Positions 51,640-64,000 of a stretch of 64,000 nucleotides of DNA are shown piece by piece (the stretch's first letter is position 1; each line of letters begins with the position of its first letter). Made by a program: the position numbers and the translations under genes. Source of the DNA: Lama guanicoe (lineage: Eukaryota); the NCBI GenBank assembly GCA_013239625.1, contig MU054323.1, positions 6,747,220 to 6,811,219 on the forward strand, in the 5' to 3' direction. Under the pieces are notes generated by a model. That model worked only from the letters and a program-made list of their open reading frames with translations, did not search any database and was not told the DNA's origin.

Positions 51640-52792
51640 CTGTTTATTAATCAAACACTTCATGGTGTTTGCCATGTGCCAGGTACTGTTTTAAATGACT
51701 TAAAAATATTAAATGTTTAGTCTCCTAACAACTCTAGAGTAGGTACAAGTATTATCCTGCTTTTTTGTGATGTGGAAACTGATTCATGGAAAGGTTAACG
51801 TCAGAAAGTTAGTGATGGTGCAGTTGGGCTCCAGAGTCCATACTTTAGTAGCATGTTATTTAGTCTCCATGCAGTCATTTTTTTCTCATTTTTTCCCCCT
51901 GTGATTGATTTCCAGTTTCATGCCATTGTGGTCAGAAAAGATGCTTGAAATAATTTCTATCCTCTTGAATTTGTTGAGGCTGCTTTTGTGCCTGAGCATG
52001 TGGTCTATCCTCAAGAATGTTCCATTCGCACTTGAAAAGAATATGTATTCTGGTTGCGGGGGGCATGTAATGTCCTAAAAATATCAGCTAAGTCCAGCTG
52101 TTCTATTGTGTCATTTAGTGTCTCTGTTGTCTTACTGATTTTTCTGTCTGGAAGATATCCACTGGTGTTAGTGGAGTGTTAAAGTCTCCTACTATTATTG
52201 TGTTCCCATTAATTTCTCCCTTTATGTCTGTTAGTATTTGTTTTATATATTTAGGTGCATGTATGTTAAGTATAATATCCTCTTCTTGTATTGTTATTCT
52301 TATCATATATAGTGTCCTTCTATGTCTTTCTTTATGGTCTTTGTTTTAAAGTCTGTTTTGTCTAATATGAGTATTGCTACTTCTGCTTCTTGTCATTTCC
52401 ATTTGTCTGAAATATTTTTTCCATTCTCTCACTTTCAGTCTCTGTGTATCCTTCACCCTAAAGTGGGTCTCTTGTAGGCAGCATATTGTAGGCTCTTGTT
52501 TTATTATCCAGTCTGCCACTCTGTCTTTTGATTGGTGCATTTAGTCCATTGACATCTATGGTAATTATTGGTAACTGTGTGTTTATTGCCGTTTTAAACT
52601 TTGTTTTTCAGTCGATTTGGTGTTTCTTCTTTATTCCTTTCGTTCTTTTTTTCCTTTTTGTGGTTTGATAACTTTATTTTGTATTAGGTTGTTTTCTTTT
52701 TGGTCTTTGTGACTCTATTGTATGCTTTTGATTTGTGGTTACCCTGTTTTCAACAGAGTCCATACTTTAAATTATAATGCTTTACTACCTCG
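51640..52792 (-). mobile_element. MIR interrupted by the L1 internal fragment
   Basis: tgccatgtgccaggtactgtttta...aacaactctag...gtggaaactga...ctccagagtccatacttt, resuming after the insert as aaattataatgctttactacctc. Confidence 0.7.
51848..52753 (-). mobile_element. Internal L1 fragment (inter-ORF spacer + ORF2 endonuclease domain) with no 3'UTR or poly-A
   Basis: RVADWIIKQEPTICCLQETHF and NTIIVGDFNTPL; colinear with about 19194-20112 of the full-length L1; perfect TSD cagagtccatacttta at 51832-51847 and 52754-52769. Confidence 0.93.
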
Positions 52793-53295
52793 GTTGTAGG
52801 AAGGGGATATGGTTGCCTGTAGGCATATGTGTGTAGCTAAAGCTCAGTTAATTTATTTCAGTGGTGTGAAATTTTATTGTATCAATATACTAAAGTTTAC
52901 TAATTCATGCTTTTATTGATGGGCATTGGGTTGTTCCTGGTTTTTGCTCTTATAAATATTGCATGAACATTTTTCTTCATATCTCTTGTTGCACATGTGC
53001 ATGAAGAATTTCCTTGGGGTCATGGTTCTCTTTAGTGCTGATTCAAGGTAGAATTTTTGCCACTTGCCAAGATTTGTGTCCCAGAACACTTCCCTTAGAG
53101 CTCTTGTTCTCACCACAGAGGAACAGTTTTCATATCTTCCCAACATAATACAATTTTGTCTTCTAACAACACCCATGGATTTACCTAGGTTTTTAAGACA
53201 CCCCAAAATTGTGTGAAGAAATTAAGTTTTTTTCTGGAGAGAGATTGTAAAGTTTTCATAAGAGCATTTTGTAATCTTAAGAACAATAAAATCAG

Positions 53296-53680
53296 TACCA
53301 TATGAGATCGCTCATATGTGGAATCTAAAAAACAAAAACAAAAACAAACAAACAAACAAAAACAAAGCATAAATACAGGACAGAAATAGACTCATGGACA
53401 GAGAATACAGACTTGTGGTTACCAGGGGGGTAGAGAGTGGGAAGGGATAGACGGGGATTTCAAAATTGTAGAATAGATAAACAAGATTACACTGTATAGC
53501 ACAGGGAAATATACACAAAATGTTATGATAAATCACAGAGAAAAAAAATGTGACAATGAGTGTGTATATGTCCATGAATGACTGAAAAATTGTGCTGAAC
53601 ACTGGAATTTGACACAACATTGTAAAATGATTATAAATCAATAAAAAATGTTAAAAAAACAAACAAAAAAAACAAATAAA
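53296..53680 (+). mobile_element. Young 5'-truncated L1 3' end
   Basis: taccatatgagatcgctcatatgtggaatctaa ([10 protein letters not shown]), then 3'UTR, AATAAA and an A-rich tail; near-identical to 1414-1737. Confidence 0.93.
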
Positions 53681-54849
53681 CAATCTTATTTTCAAAATTT
53701 TAATTTTTCCCTGTATCTTCTCTTTACAGATAGTGTTAATAAGAAGAAGCAAGTTCTTACTAGGAGAATTCAAAAAAATAAGCTTTATATGTATTTTTAA
53801 ATTATGTTTTTTTTAACATTAATATGGATGGCCTGATTTCAAATTTTACCTAAATCATGTTTGTCTTGGATTTGGAGTGTGTAACTCTTGTATCATCACT
53901 AATAGGAAAGATAGTTGCATCATTTTTTTCTTCATTCTTTCACGAAAATCTTTCAGTCTACCCCAAGGAAAAAACTTATTTCTTCACATAATTTTTAGGT
54001 GCTTTTTTTTCTCTCTTGAAGTTTATTTGGGGTAGAAATAATAAGAATGCAGAAGTTACTATGGAATCTTAACTCTACATGACCAAAATAATTTATAATT
54101 GCTACTAATGTTGGTTATTTATAAGGACCTAATACTGGATGACAGCCTAGCTAAACTAAGACACTAGTCCCAGCACACTGGGAGTTTTGGCTAACATCCG
54201 TTTTTCTCCTCATCAAAAAGTATATCATAAAAAGGAAAAGTTAAGGTCACTTTACAATAAAGATAACCTTCAAGCTGCACCAATGTTATTAAAGAAATTA
54301 ATGTATAAATGTTGTAATTTAAAGTGTTACTAGTAACAAGTTACTTTCATCACACTTTACAGTTAATGAACATGGGTGAGAAAATCTATTACCCTTAGAA
54401 GTTTGAGAGTTCCTTTTACTTCCTTCAGAGAAGAGAACAGTAGACCATACCTTCTTTTGACACTCAGTGTCTGTTACCTTATGGAATAATGGAAGGTGCA
54501 TTTCTTTTTTCTGCTTTCCCAAAGTCATGATCCTTAGTATTGACTACCAGTATATGTATGGAGAGTCATTCCATTGCTCTAAAGCTAATCCTTTTTCTAA
54601 ACTTCCCTGATAAACTGTTGCGTAGGCTTTGCTGCCAATGGTTAATTCTGTTTCTGGCAGATAATTCTTCATGTATTCGAGTAATTTCAATTGCTAATTG
54701 ATTCTTGAGAATTTCAAAGTGGTGAATTTTAAAATTCTCAAAAAGATTATGGTGTTAATAACATACTTAAAACCTTAAAAAGTTTATAAAATAACAGGAA
54801 GATTAAAAATAAACAAATAAATATTACAAATAATAACACAGTATTTGAT

Positions 54850-57200
54850 TCGAGGTAAAAATGGTAGATTGAGCACACATTTAATATTGTTTCCTCCTGA
54901 AACTATAGTTTAGTTAAACAACTACAAAAATGAAGTCATTGAGGGTTGTTGTTGTTTAGTCATAAAACAAGAGATACAGAGAAATGGGAGAAAATACAGC
55001 AAAATTTTAGAGGCTGGAAAACAGTTAGAATAATGGTAACAATCTTATTAAACCTAAGAAAGCTTTATTTTAAGTGGAGAAAGCTAAGGACCAGTTGAAT
55101 TTGTACTAATGATTCTTCAAAGGGCCCAGGCAGTGGTTGCATTGTGTAACTCTGAAAGTGGAGGTGAAGAAGGAACAGGGACTACAATAAGGAGGATTGT
55201 TTAAAAGCAAAGAAACAGATGCATGGGTCTCGTCTACTCTTGGCTACTGTGCTAATGCGCTAGTCCCATCTTGACAGATGGGAGACTTGAAATATATTCT
55301 CTAAGTTAACACAAAGGGCCTCTGGACTAGTGGACACCAGGCACATTGAAGGTGGACGGGAATTAGATGAGCACTAGCATTTTGAATGCTGAGAGCCCTT
55401 GCTCTCTTCTCCATTATTGGCTTCCCAAACTGAGTCCTTTATCCTCCAGGCAGGAGACAGGAAGAATCTTCTGTGAAGAATGTGACCAACCCAAGAAGAA
55501 AAATCTAAAGGCAGAAAGAACTGTGGTCTAGTTGGTAAAATTGTTTCTTGTAGGGGTACAGGTTAACAGTTCTGAAACTACTTTACATGTATACAGGTAC
55601 TGACCAAATGAGTAAATAAGTGGTAGATGATGGGAGCCAGGTGTCTCACATTAGTATCTGCGTCCTAACAAAGGGTCTGGCCAGAGTGTCCTACAGGAAG
55701 GTCACAGGAGCCCCATGTACATGATTAGAGCTTTCAATAAACTTTTTATACTCAAACAACTAAATACTATCAGGCATCTAAGGAAAGCATCTCCTGTGAC
55801 TAGCAGAAATGAAAATACAAACAACTTGGAGGAAATAGGCTATGCAGCTGAGAAATTTTTGTGTATATTTACACACACACATATATGTACACATCCAGCC
55901 ATATACAAATATACATATATCATATACACATATACACACATATAAATCTATGTCATTTGTGTGTAAAATACTGGCAGAAAAATGGGATGCTAATCCATAA
56001 AGCAGAAATAGGGTTTTTTAAAAGGATATTCAGAGAATGAAGAATTCTTATAAATTAAGCATGTGTAGCAGGAAAAAAAAACTCAATAGAAGTTTGAATA
56101 ATAAGTTGAAATTTTTTTAGGAAGTAAAGCAGAAAGGCAAAGAAACGATAAACAGAAGATAAAAGAAAAGAAAAAGGAGGGTCTAGGAAGGTCAGCTTTC
56201 TAGTACTAGGCGTTCCAAAAGGAGAAAACAGAATAAATGAAGGGGGGGGAGAATAAATAGTATAATCTGAGAAAAATTTCCAGAACTAAGACAAAGTATG
56301 TATTGAATACCCAGTATAATGGATGAAAAGAGAACGCCAGTCCAAATAATAGGATATCCAAATAGCCAACTATGTTATTCAGTCTCTATAATATTCAGGG
56401 AAATGCAAATTGAAATGAGATTCTATTTTCGTCCATTAGATGGGTTAAAAAAAAAGTCTGATGATATCAAGTGTTGGAAAGAATATAGGGGGGAAATGAT
56501 TCTCTTACATACTGCTAGTGGGAGCGTGAAACAATCATTTTGGCAATCAGTTTGACAAATGGTGAGTAGAGTGGAAGATACGCAAGTGCTACCACTCAGA
56601 AATTCCATTTCTGCCCTACCCAGTGCCGTTGATGTCTCAAAAACAAAAAAAGAAAGAATAAAGAAAAGAAATTCCACTTCTGGATATTGCCTTTAGAAAT
56701 TCTTACGCTTGTACATATGAAAATTTGAATGAGAAGCCATTTATAAGAACACTCATTGAGGCATAATTTGTAATGATGAAAATTTATAGACAACTTACAT
56801 ACAGGAATGCCTAAGATGTGGTATGTTCACATATACATATGACCGAAACCCACACACACCTCAGCAAGGCTAGAGCTCCAGAACAACACAATGCATGAAG
56901 TCAGCAAAATGCAGAATGGGTATAGTATACAGTTTAAACATACATGTTTTAAAGCATGAAACATTAATGTATATTGTTTATGGATGGATATGAAAAATTG
57001 ACCAGAAGGATATATACTAGATTCATGATGATGGTTATCTCTATCAAAATGAGAGGGAGTGAACAGAGTGGGCTATGTGTGAGTGTGGGGGCTTTTGATT
57101 TATTGATAATGCTTCATTTCTTAAAAAAGAAAATAAATATATCAAAAATGTTTACTGTTGTTAATTCTGGGTAGTAGATCCATAGATATTTCTTTGTTTT
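54850..57200 (+). mobile_element. Old L1 fragments (5' end, ORF1-like and ORF2 3' remnants)
   Basis: aaaatggtagattgagcacac 5'-start-like motif; gaaaaatttccagaact; ORF 56319 IFREMQIEMRFYFRP...DDIKCWK. Confidence 0.6.
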
Positions 57201-58789
57201 ATTTCTCTATATGTTTTAAAATTCTGACACTATAACTCTGCCTAACTCCAAAATAAGAAGGAGTGTTTTATAGATTTCCTTTTTCACTCTTTCTATGTAT
57301 TAGGTGCATTATAGGTACTCTTCTGTCACCTTGTTTCCTCATCTGACTCTTAGATTGAATTTAAGAGATTAAATTGAATAATTTACTAAATTATTAAATT
57401 AAATTAAAGGAATTGAGGTGCAGCATTAGCCAGCACTTGTGCCAGAATTGGAAGCAGATGATGAAAATAGAAAGGCCTTACGCATGAGGGGAGAATTGGA
57501 ACAAGTAATGGGAAACCACCAGGCATGGGGATCTATTAGGAGTTTGCAACATCCGTGTCAGATCTCCTGCTCTGGGTTCCTGGGGGTAAGGGAGTGAGGA
57601 AAGACTTTTAAAATTCTGAACTCTGGATAGCACAGATAATACATATTACTGGAGAGATACATTTTAAGAATAATAAGCTTATTTATCTCATAATAGCAAA
57701 CATCAGATCATCAGCACTGCTCTTTTTCTCCCTATTCCGTTGTATTCCTCCTGCCTTCTTTGGTTCTCTGTGTGTCACCTATCTCTTGGTTTCCATATTT
57801 TTCACTTTTCATTGTCTGCATATCTTTTTTGAATATAGATTTATCTTGTGCTTTTCTTTCTTGCAGTCGCTAAGTGACTGTGCTCAGCCACCCAACTCAG
57901 CTTTGTTCCTATATTCCCTCACATGTTGGCCATGAATCATCAGGACCCAAAATCATTAGCAGGATCCATCTGGCTTTAGTTACTGCCTGGTTTTGAAAAA
58001 GTACCCTTAAAAACTCTCAGGTTTTATGGAAGAGAATGGAATTATTTGAAAAGATTATATCTGCAGGATTAACTACGCAAATGATCTTTGAGGAGCGCTC
58101 TTCCTTGGAAGTCAGAAAATGACAGAAGCTGGGTTTGTGGATGACTACATGAACAATGCCGTCTTTGCCATAGTCAGTGATTGCTTACCAGTTCTTACAA
58201 ATTCTTAAAGATTTACCCAGGGCAAATTCAAAGATACAGTGCCTTACAGATGAAAGAACACAAAGTAGTGATCAGGAGGAATCTCATTCACTGCAAAATG
58301 TTTTGGGGCACTAAGTTGATAACAAATACAAATAAACTAGACATACACAGTGAGAACAATCCAACTAACTATAATGTAAATTGGAGTAACCTAACTACAA
58401 ATCCCTTTCTTTAATAATTTAAACTATAAGTCAATATGAAGAGCTAGTCCATTTCTTTGAGTTTTTGAATTATAGATTTAATTCAAGGAAAGAAAAAAAT
58501 CTTGAAAATATAAAAAGCTCTTAGTTTAATTTAGAGGGGCTATGAGAGGTAAGCACTTTTGGATCATCATTCAGTTTTCTAACATTCAGCATTCCACTTT
58601 AATATGGAATTCAGCACTGAGGGAAATTATGATTTAGACGGGAAAAATGTAATCTTTATTTTAAAAAGCAAAAGCCCAAAACAAGCATTGAAAAAAAATC
58701 CCACATTAAAAATATATTGTAAAACAAAACAGAAATAGATTTGTTATCCACTGACCATAAAATATACTAAATATTCATAAAATAAACCA

Positions 58790-61410
58790 TTAATTTTATT
58801 TTTGAGTATATGAATTATTTTGGGGGAAAATTGACGTCAATATTATTGAGGCTTGGTGAACCCATGAAAATATTCAACCACTTTTTTTTAATGTTTTTTA
58901 ATTTCAGGAATATTTTATAATTTTAAGTGTATAGGTCTTGCATATCTTTTGTTAAACTAATTCTTAAGTATTTTGTGTTTTTTGATGCAATTATAAATTG
59001 TTTTACATTTTGTTTCCCAGTTGTTTCCTGTGGTTGTATGGAAACACAATTGATTTTTGTATACTTCCCTGTGTCCTACAACTTTGTCAAATTACTTATT
59101 CATTCTAGTAATCATTTTTCAGATTCCTTAGAATTATGTGCTAAAAAGTTATTTTAATTGAATAAAGACAATTTTAGTTCTTCTTTTCTAACCTTCCTTT
59201 TATTTCTTTTTCTTATTGCACTGAGACCTCCAGTATATCCATTACAGTAATTAATAGAAGTGGTTAGAGTGAATATTCTTGCCTTGCTTCCAATATTAGG
59301 AGAACTCCTAGTATTTCACCATTATGTAAAATACTAGCTGTAGGTTTTTCATTGATCTTTCTTATCAGATTAAAGGAGTTACGTTCTAGTTCTTTGCTTG
59401 CTGAGAATTTCACCGTGAATGGGTCTTGAATTTTTCAGGTGTTTTTCTGTACCCGTTGAGATGTTTATATGCCTTTTATTCTGTTAATATGGTAAATTAC
59501 ATTGATTGATATTTGAAATTTAAACCATACTTACATATTCCTTGGATAAACCACACTTGTCATGGTATATTATCCTTCTTATATATTGCTGGATTAAATT
59601 TGCTATTTTCCATCAGTACTCATAAGGCTGATTTTCTTTTCTGGTAATATCTTTGTCAGGTTTGGTATTAGGATTTTGCTTACCTGTTGCGATGTAGCTC
59701 TCTCTTATTTTCTAGAAAGTGTGTAAAATTGTTACTGTTGCTTCCTTAAATTTTCATAGAACCCACCAGTGAAGCCATCTGGGCCTGGAGTTTGTTTTGT
59801 TTTAATTACAAATTTTTTTTTAGTAAATAACATCCTTTTTGTGGTTGTTTTAGTAATTTGTGTTTTTCAAGTTTTTTATTTTATCTCAGTTACTCAATTT
59901 TGATTTGCATTATGTGGTTTAGTACATTACATCTGCAGGACCTGAAGTGATCTCTCTCCTGTTTCTGACATTGGTAATTTGTGTTGCCTTTCATTTTTCT
60001 TGATCAGTCTTGCTCAAATATTAACAATTTTTTAGCCTTTAAAAAAAAACACAACAACTTTGGTTTTAATTTTTTTCAGTTGTTCAATCATTTTATTGGG
60101 TATCGTTTTGCCTTCAAGTTCACTGACTTTTTGTGCTATCTCAAATCTATTAAACCTATCCAGTGAACTTAAAAATTTTGATGTTGAACTATCTAGTTCT
60201 TGAATTTCCATTTATTTCTATTTTATAATTTTCATTTGCTACCAGTATTTCATATCTGTTCACTCATTACAACATATTGAACATACTTACAGTAATTCTT
60301 TAGCATTCATATCAGTTTATTTCAACTGATCATTTTATAGTAGGTTTCTGTTGAGCTTTTTTTCCCCGATCTTGAGTTACAATTTCTAGCTTCCTTGAAT
60401 GTTTAGTAATTTTTTTATTGTATATTGGATATTGTGGATGTTTTCTTTTTCTGAAGAGTATTGATTTTTGTTCTAGTAGACAGCTAAATTATTAGCTGAT
60501 AAATACACATTTACTGTACAACCTAATTGCATTTCTGGGTATTTATTCTAGGGAAATGTAAACTTACATTTACACAAAAGCCTATACACAAATATTCATA
60601 GCAGCTTTCTTCATAATAGCCCCAAACTGAAAACAACCCAAATGTACTAGAATGGTGAATAGTGAAAAGAAACTGTGGTATCTTTAAACCATGAAGCAAT
60701 AAAAAGGAACAAACTATTTATATATGCAACAAATTGGATTGCTCTCAGGGGCATTATGCTGAGTGAAAAAAAGCCAATCCAAAATGTTTCCATACTATTT
60801 GATTCAATTTTTATAACATTCTCAAAGTGACAAAATTATAGAAATAGAAAACAGATAAGTGGTTGCTAGCAGTTAAGAAAAGAGGAATGAGAAGTGCATG
60901 GTTATAAACAGCAAAGGGGAATCTCAGTTGTGGTATGATTATATGGGGCTACTTGGAGTCTTCCTGTGCCTGAGCGGTTCAGGAATCGACCAAGGATTTA
61001 TGGAACATTTGTATACAGAGTTAAGATTTCCCACCCCCTTACTGTACTGCCCTTCTCTGCATGATCTTCTCCTATTATCTAGCTTTCTTTCAGCTCTGAA
61101 CCACATTCTCTATTGCCTCAGGCCAATGAGACAGTGGTTTTCTCTCACGTCTATTTTATTCCTCCAGTACTTGCGGGGTATATTGGGAAGAGTTCTTTTA
61201 AGGGAAAGTCTTATGAGTGTAGTTCTCATCCAGTATGATTCCTTTCTTTCAGTGATCAAATCCCCTACATTTCTGCCTGCTTTTGGTCACTTTTCAGCAT
61301 CTTTGAACAGTTATTTTTTAATGTTCTGTCCAGAGTTAATAATTGTCATTTTTGGGCAAGTTAGTCCAATACAAGTTATCTCATCTTTAGTAGAACCAGA
61401 GCTCAGTGAA
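58790..61410 (-). mobile_element. Old L1 ORF2/ORF1/5' remnants with a plus-strand L1 3' piece nested at about 60500-60905
   Basis: cccaccagtgaagccatctgggcctggag and ttggataaaccacacttgtcatggtatatt; nested piece ttcataatagccccaaactgaaaacaacccaaatgt. Confidence 0.7.
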
Positions 61411-61859
61411 TTTTAAGTACTATGAATATATAATGTTTGTAAACCTTTTCAGTAAAAAATTTAAAAATAAAATACCATAGTAACTTTAATACTTAGTGAG
61501 AAATATTATAGAAATGAAAGAAAGAATTAAATGTAAACTGAAAACATGAAAAATCTGAATTTATAAGTAGAAAGATAAATATACAAATATAGCCAGAAAA
61601 AAACTTTTTAAGACATATAAATAGGCCTTCAGGAAATTAAGGGCAGAATGTAATTATGTATTACCTAAGCAGCAGTTTTAAATAGGAATATATATTTAAT
61701 CACCAAAAGGACTTCAGTTGTAAAATCAGATAGTCATCCATCATCTTTTGGAAATATTTTTCCATTTGGCCTGAGAAGTTGTATTATCATTTCTTTGAAA
61801 ATAAAATAGCAGTCTAACCTCCCTTCTGCTTTTATTTTTTTTCTTCTCCTTTTTTTTAG

Positions 61860-61886
61860 TTGTTTGCATAATTGGCCTTAAATGAG
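61860..61886 (+). other. Candidate 27-nt non-coding or poison microexon
   Basis: Branch-point-like CTAAC at 61814-61818, ~40-nt pyrimidine tract, TAG acceptor and GAG|GTAAGA donor; no transcript evidence available. Confidence 0.4.
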
Positions 61887-62355
61887 GTAAGAGTGAAGAG
61901 ACTAGAGCCATCTCTGGAAAACAGCATTACCCCATACCCCTGGAAGCTACCCTCTGGAGCACTAGATTTGACCATATCTGTTTTGAAGACTCATTATGAA
62001 CAAAGAAGTCTCCCAGGTAGGAATTAAAGCTCTGTTTTTAAAGAGCTTTGTTTCTACAAAAATATGGTGTGAAAATGACTACCTATTGACTCTTATTTTA
62101 TATGGAAATATGTGTTTGATCTGAAAAGCTTCAAGGTTATTATAAAATATGTGCTGACATTCCTAAATGAAATATTAGAAAACTTCTTTGTAAATTATGT
62201 TAATACACACTGAAACTAATATAGGCTTCAGATCAGTATCTTACAATGAGACTTACAATTCAAGTCCTTACTGAATTAAAATGGCAGCAGAAAAACTACT
62301 GAACCATCCCCAGATTTGGTCTATACATTTCTAATATAATCCAGTCATTAAACCT

Positions 62356-62397
62356 ATATCTCTATCTATCTATCATCTATCATCTATCTATCTATCT
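62356..62397. repeat. (TATC)n microsatellite, imperfect
   Basis: tctatctatctatcatctatcatctatctatctatct. Confidence 0.9.
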
Positions 62398-63324
62398 AGA
62401 TTTTGTATTTTGGGGCATTTTTACAATTGTTGTTTTCCAAGAGTTTGTAAGCTAACTGAAAGAATAGAACTAGTGTATCCATGAAGATGAATGGTCTTAT
62501 CAGCCTATAATGAGAAAAATAAACATGCACCAAGCCAAGATGGTAGGTAAAAAGTTGAAGAGTAAAATTAGAAACCAATAAACCAATAAAGGGAAGACTT
62601 CCAGCAGGAAGTTGTTTTTTTTTTTAATAATAGACTTTTAAATTGAATTATAACATATATAGATATAAATCATAAATTTTAAGGGTACAACTCTTGAGTT
62701 ATCATGTACTGAATGTATTTGTATAAACACTACCGAGATTAAGAGGTTGTCACCCTAGAGAGTGATAGCTGTTGATTTGGAGGGTGGGGTTTAGCAGTCA
62801 TAGAAGTTAAATGCAATTGAATTTGATTGGCTGAGAAGCAGTGCCTATGTTTGGAGTAAATAATGAATTTGGGAGATGGAGACAAGACTGTCAACTGGCA
62901 GAGAGTTTTTTAAACCAAGGACTGGAGGTGCAGCATGATTTAAGAAGATACTCATTTAATCCTACCACCATTAAATCTCTTTAAAATTTCATTGGTTTCT
63001 GGAACAAACATACTCCAGATTTCTGGCTTTTATTAACTGGTGATACATTGTATTTATTAACTTATGTATTCTGTTGTTTGAAATCAGACTTGATTCTCAA
63101 TAAGAGAGAGAAATGAGTTTATAAGCATCCTCATTATTAAGAAAAACGTTTTGCAGAGTAGGATGTATTACAATTAAGAGAAACTTTAATCATTTAGGAG
63201 GGCCCTCTCTTTAAGAGTTTTTAGAAGGAAATGCTCATACCTTGACTTTATGAAAGAGAAAGGGAGAGAAAATAGAATAATCTAGTGGTTGAACTATGGG
63301 TTGGGTGTCTTTTCTATTCCTCTT

Positions 63325-63620
63325 AACATTTATTAATAACAGCTTTAAACATACCAAGTAGTTACAAGATTGGTAGGCTGCACACCTGTGTGCTCATTGC
63401 CCAGTTTCCCCAATTGTAAACATTTTGTTATATTTGCTTTTTCTGTATATATATTTACTAGTACTTCTCCTGCCCCTCCTCCTTAATAACCATTATGATG
63501 ATGATGGTGATGATGAATCATCAGAGAATAAATTACAGACATTAATGATCTTTTACTCCTAAATATTCACTGTGTGTTTCCTACTGAACCACAATATAAT
63601 AATGAAATTCAGAGAACAAC
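63325..63620 (-). mobile_element. Old L1MC-like 3' end
   Basis: cccagtttccccaattgtaaacattttg...cttttactcctaaatattcactgtgtgtttcct. Confidence 0.55.
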
Positions 63621-63621
63621 A

Positions 63622-63624
63622 TTT

Positions 63625-63660
<36 letters not shown>

Positions 63661-63712
63661 TCATTTTCTTTCTTTTCTTCCTTCCTTCCTTCCTTCCTTC
63701 CTTCCTTCCTTC

Positions 63713-63771
<59 letters not shown>

Positions 63772-63816
63772 TTTTTTTTTGGTAGCTCCTTCCTTCCTTC
63801 CTTCCTTCCTTCCTTC

Positions 63817-63874
<58 letters not shown>

Positions 63875-63875
63875 G
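63622..63875. repeat. Compound (TTTC)n/(TTCC)n microsatellite
   Basis: About 250 bp of almost pure pyrimidine, interrupted by ggtagctc at 63781-63788. Confidence 0.97.
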
Positions 63876-64000
63876 TTTTTTGGAGGAAGAGGTAATTAGG
63901 TTTGTTTATTTACTTATTATTATTTTTTAATGTAGGTACTGGGGATTGAGCCTGGGACCTTGTGCATGCTAAGCATGTGCTCTACCACTTGGGCTATACC
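63876..64000 (-). mobile_element. tRNA-Ala-derived camelid SINE, 5' end cut by the window edge
   Basis: ggtaattaggtttgtttattt...ggtactggggattgagcctgggaccttgtgcatgctaagcatgtgctctaccacttgggctatacc. Confidence 0.92.

Noticed and set aside
53710..53795. Acceptor-like ctctttacAG followed by a short open frame (similar case at about 48860)
   Set aside because: No credible donor and no recognisable peptide.
54325..54338. Palindrome TGTTACTAGTAACA (RFX-like)
   Set aside because: A 14-bp AT-rich palindrome is expected by chance in 64 kb.
63572..63930. 107- and 118-aa F/L/S-rich ORFs
   Set aside because: They are translations of the TTTC/TTCC microsatellite.
1..64000. CRISPR arrays, operons or other prokaryotic-type systems
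   Set aside because: The sequence is mammalian and repeat-rich; there are no regularly spaced repeat-spacer arrays or gene clusters.

Overview
AT-rich, CpG-poor mammalian DNA made largely of interspersed repeats. It is very probably camelid, because it carries three tRNA-Ala-derived SINEs of the camelid vic-1 type. I recognise no host protein-coding exon. The mostly minus-strand orientation of young L1s, SINEs and LTRs suggests a large intron of a plus-strand gene (inference). The main feature is a full-length 7.4 kb LINE-1 on the minus strand (15830-23253) with a perfect 17-bp TSD. Its ORF1 and ORF2 are both disabled, although a 730-aa RT/C-terminal stretch is still open. The rest is young truncated L1s with readable TSDs, old L1M, L2, MIR and CR1 fragments, MLT LTRs, hAT-Charlie elements and microsatellites. 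The most interesting observations are: (1) a tail-less internal L1 endonuclease fragment with a perfect TSD that ends at an internal A-run, the signature of internal priming; (2) loss of the full-length L1's own AATAAA, with an apparent short 3' transduction; (3) a probable Gypsy integrase fossil; (4) a 27-nt candidate microexon with strong splice signals and stops in all three frames. I do not see evidence for a new multi-gene system. Repeat subfamily names come from recalled consensus motifs, not database searches, and the boundaries of old repeats are approximate.
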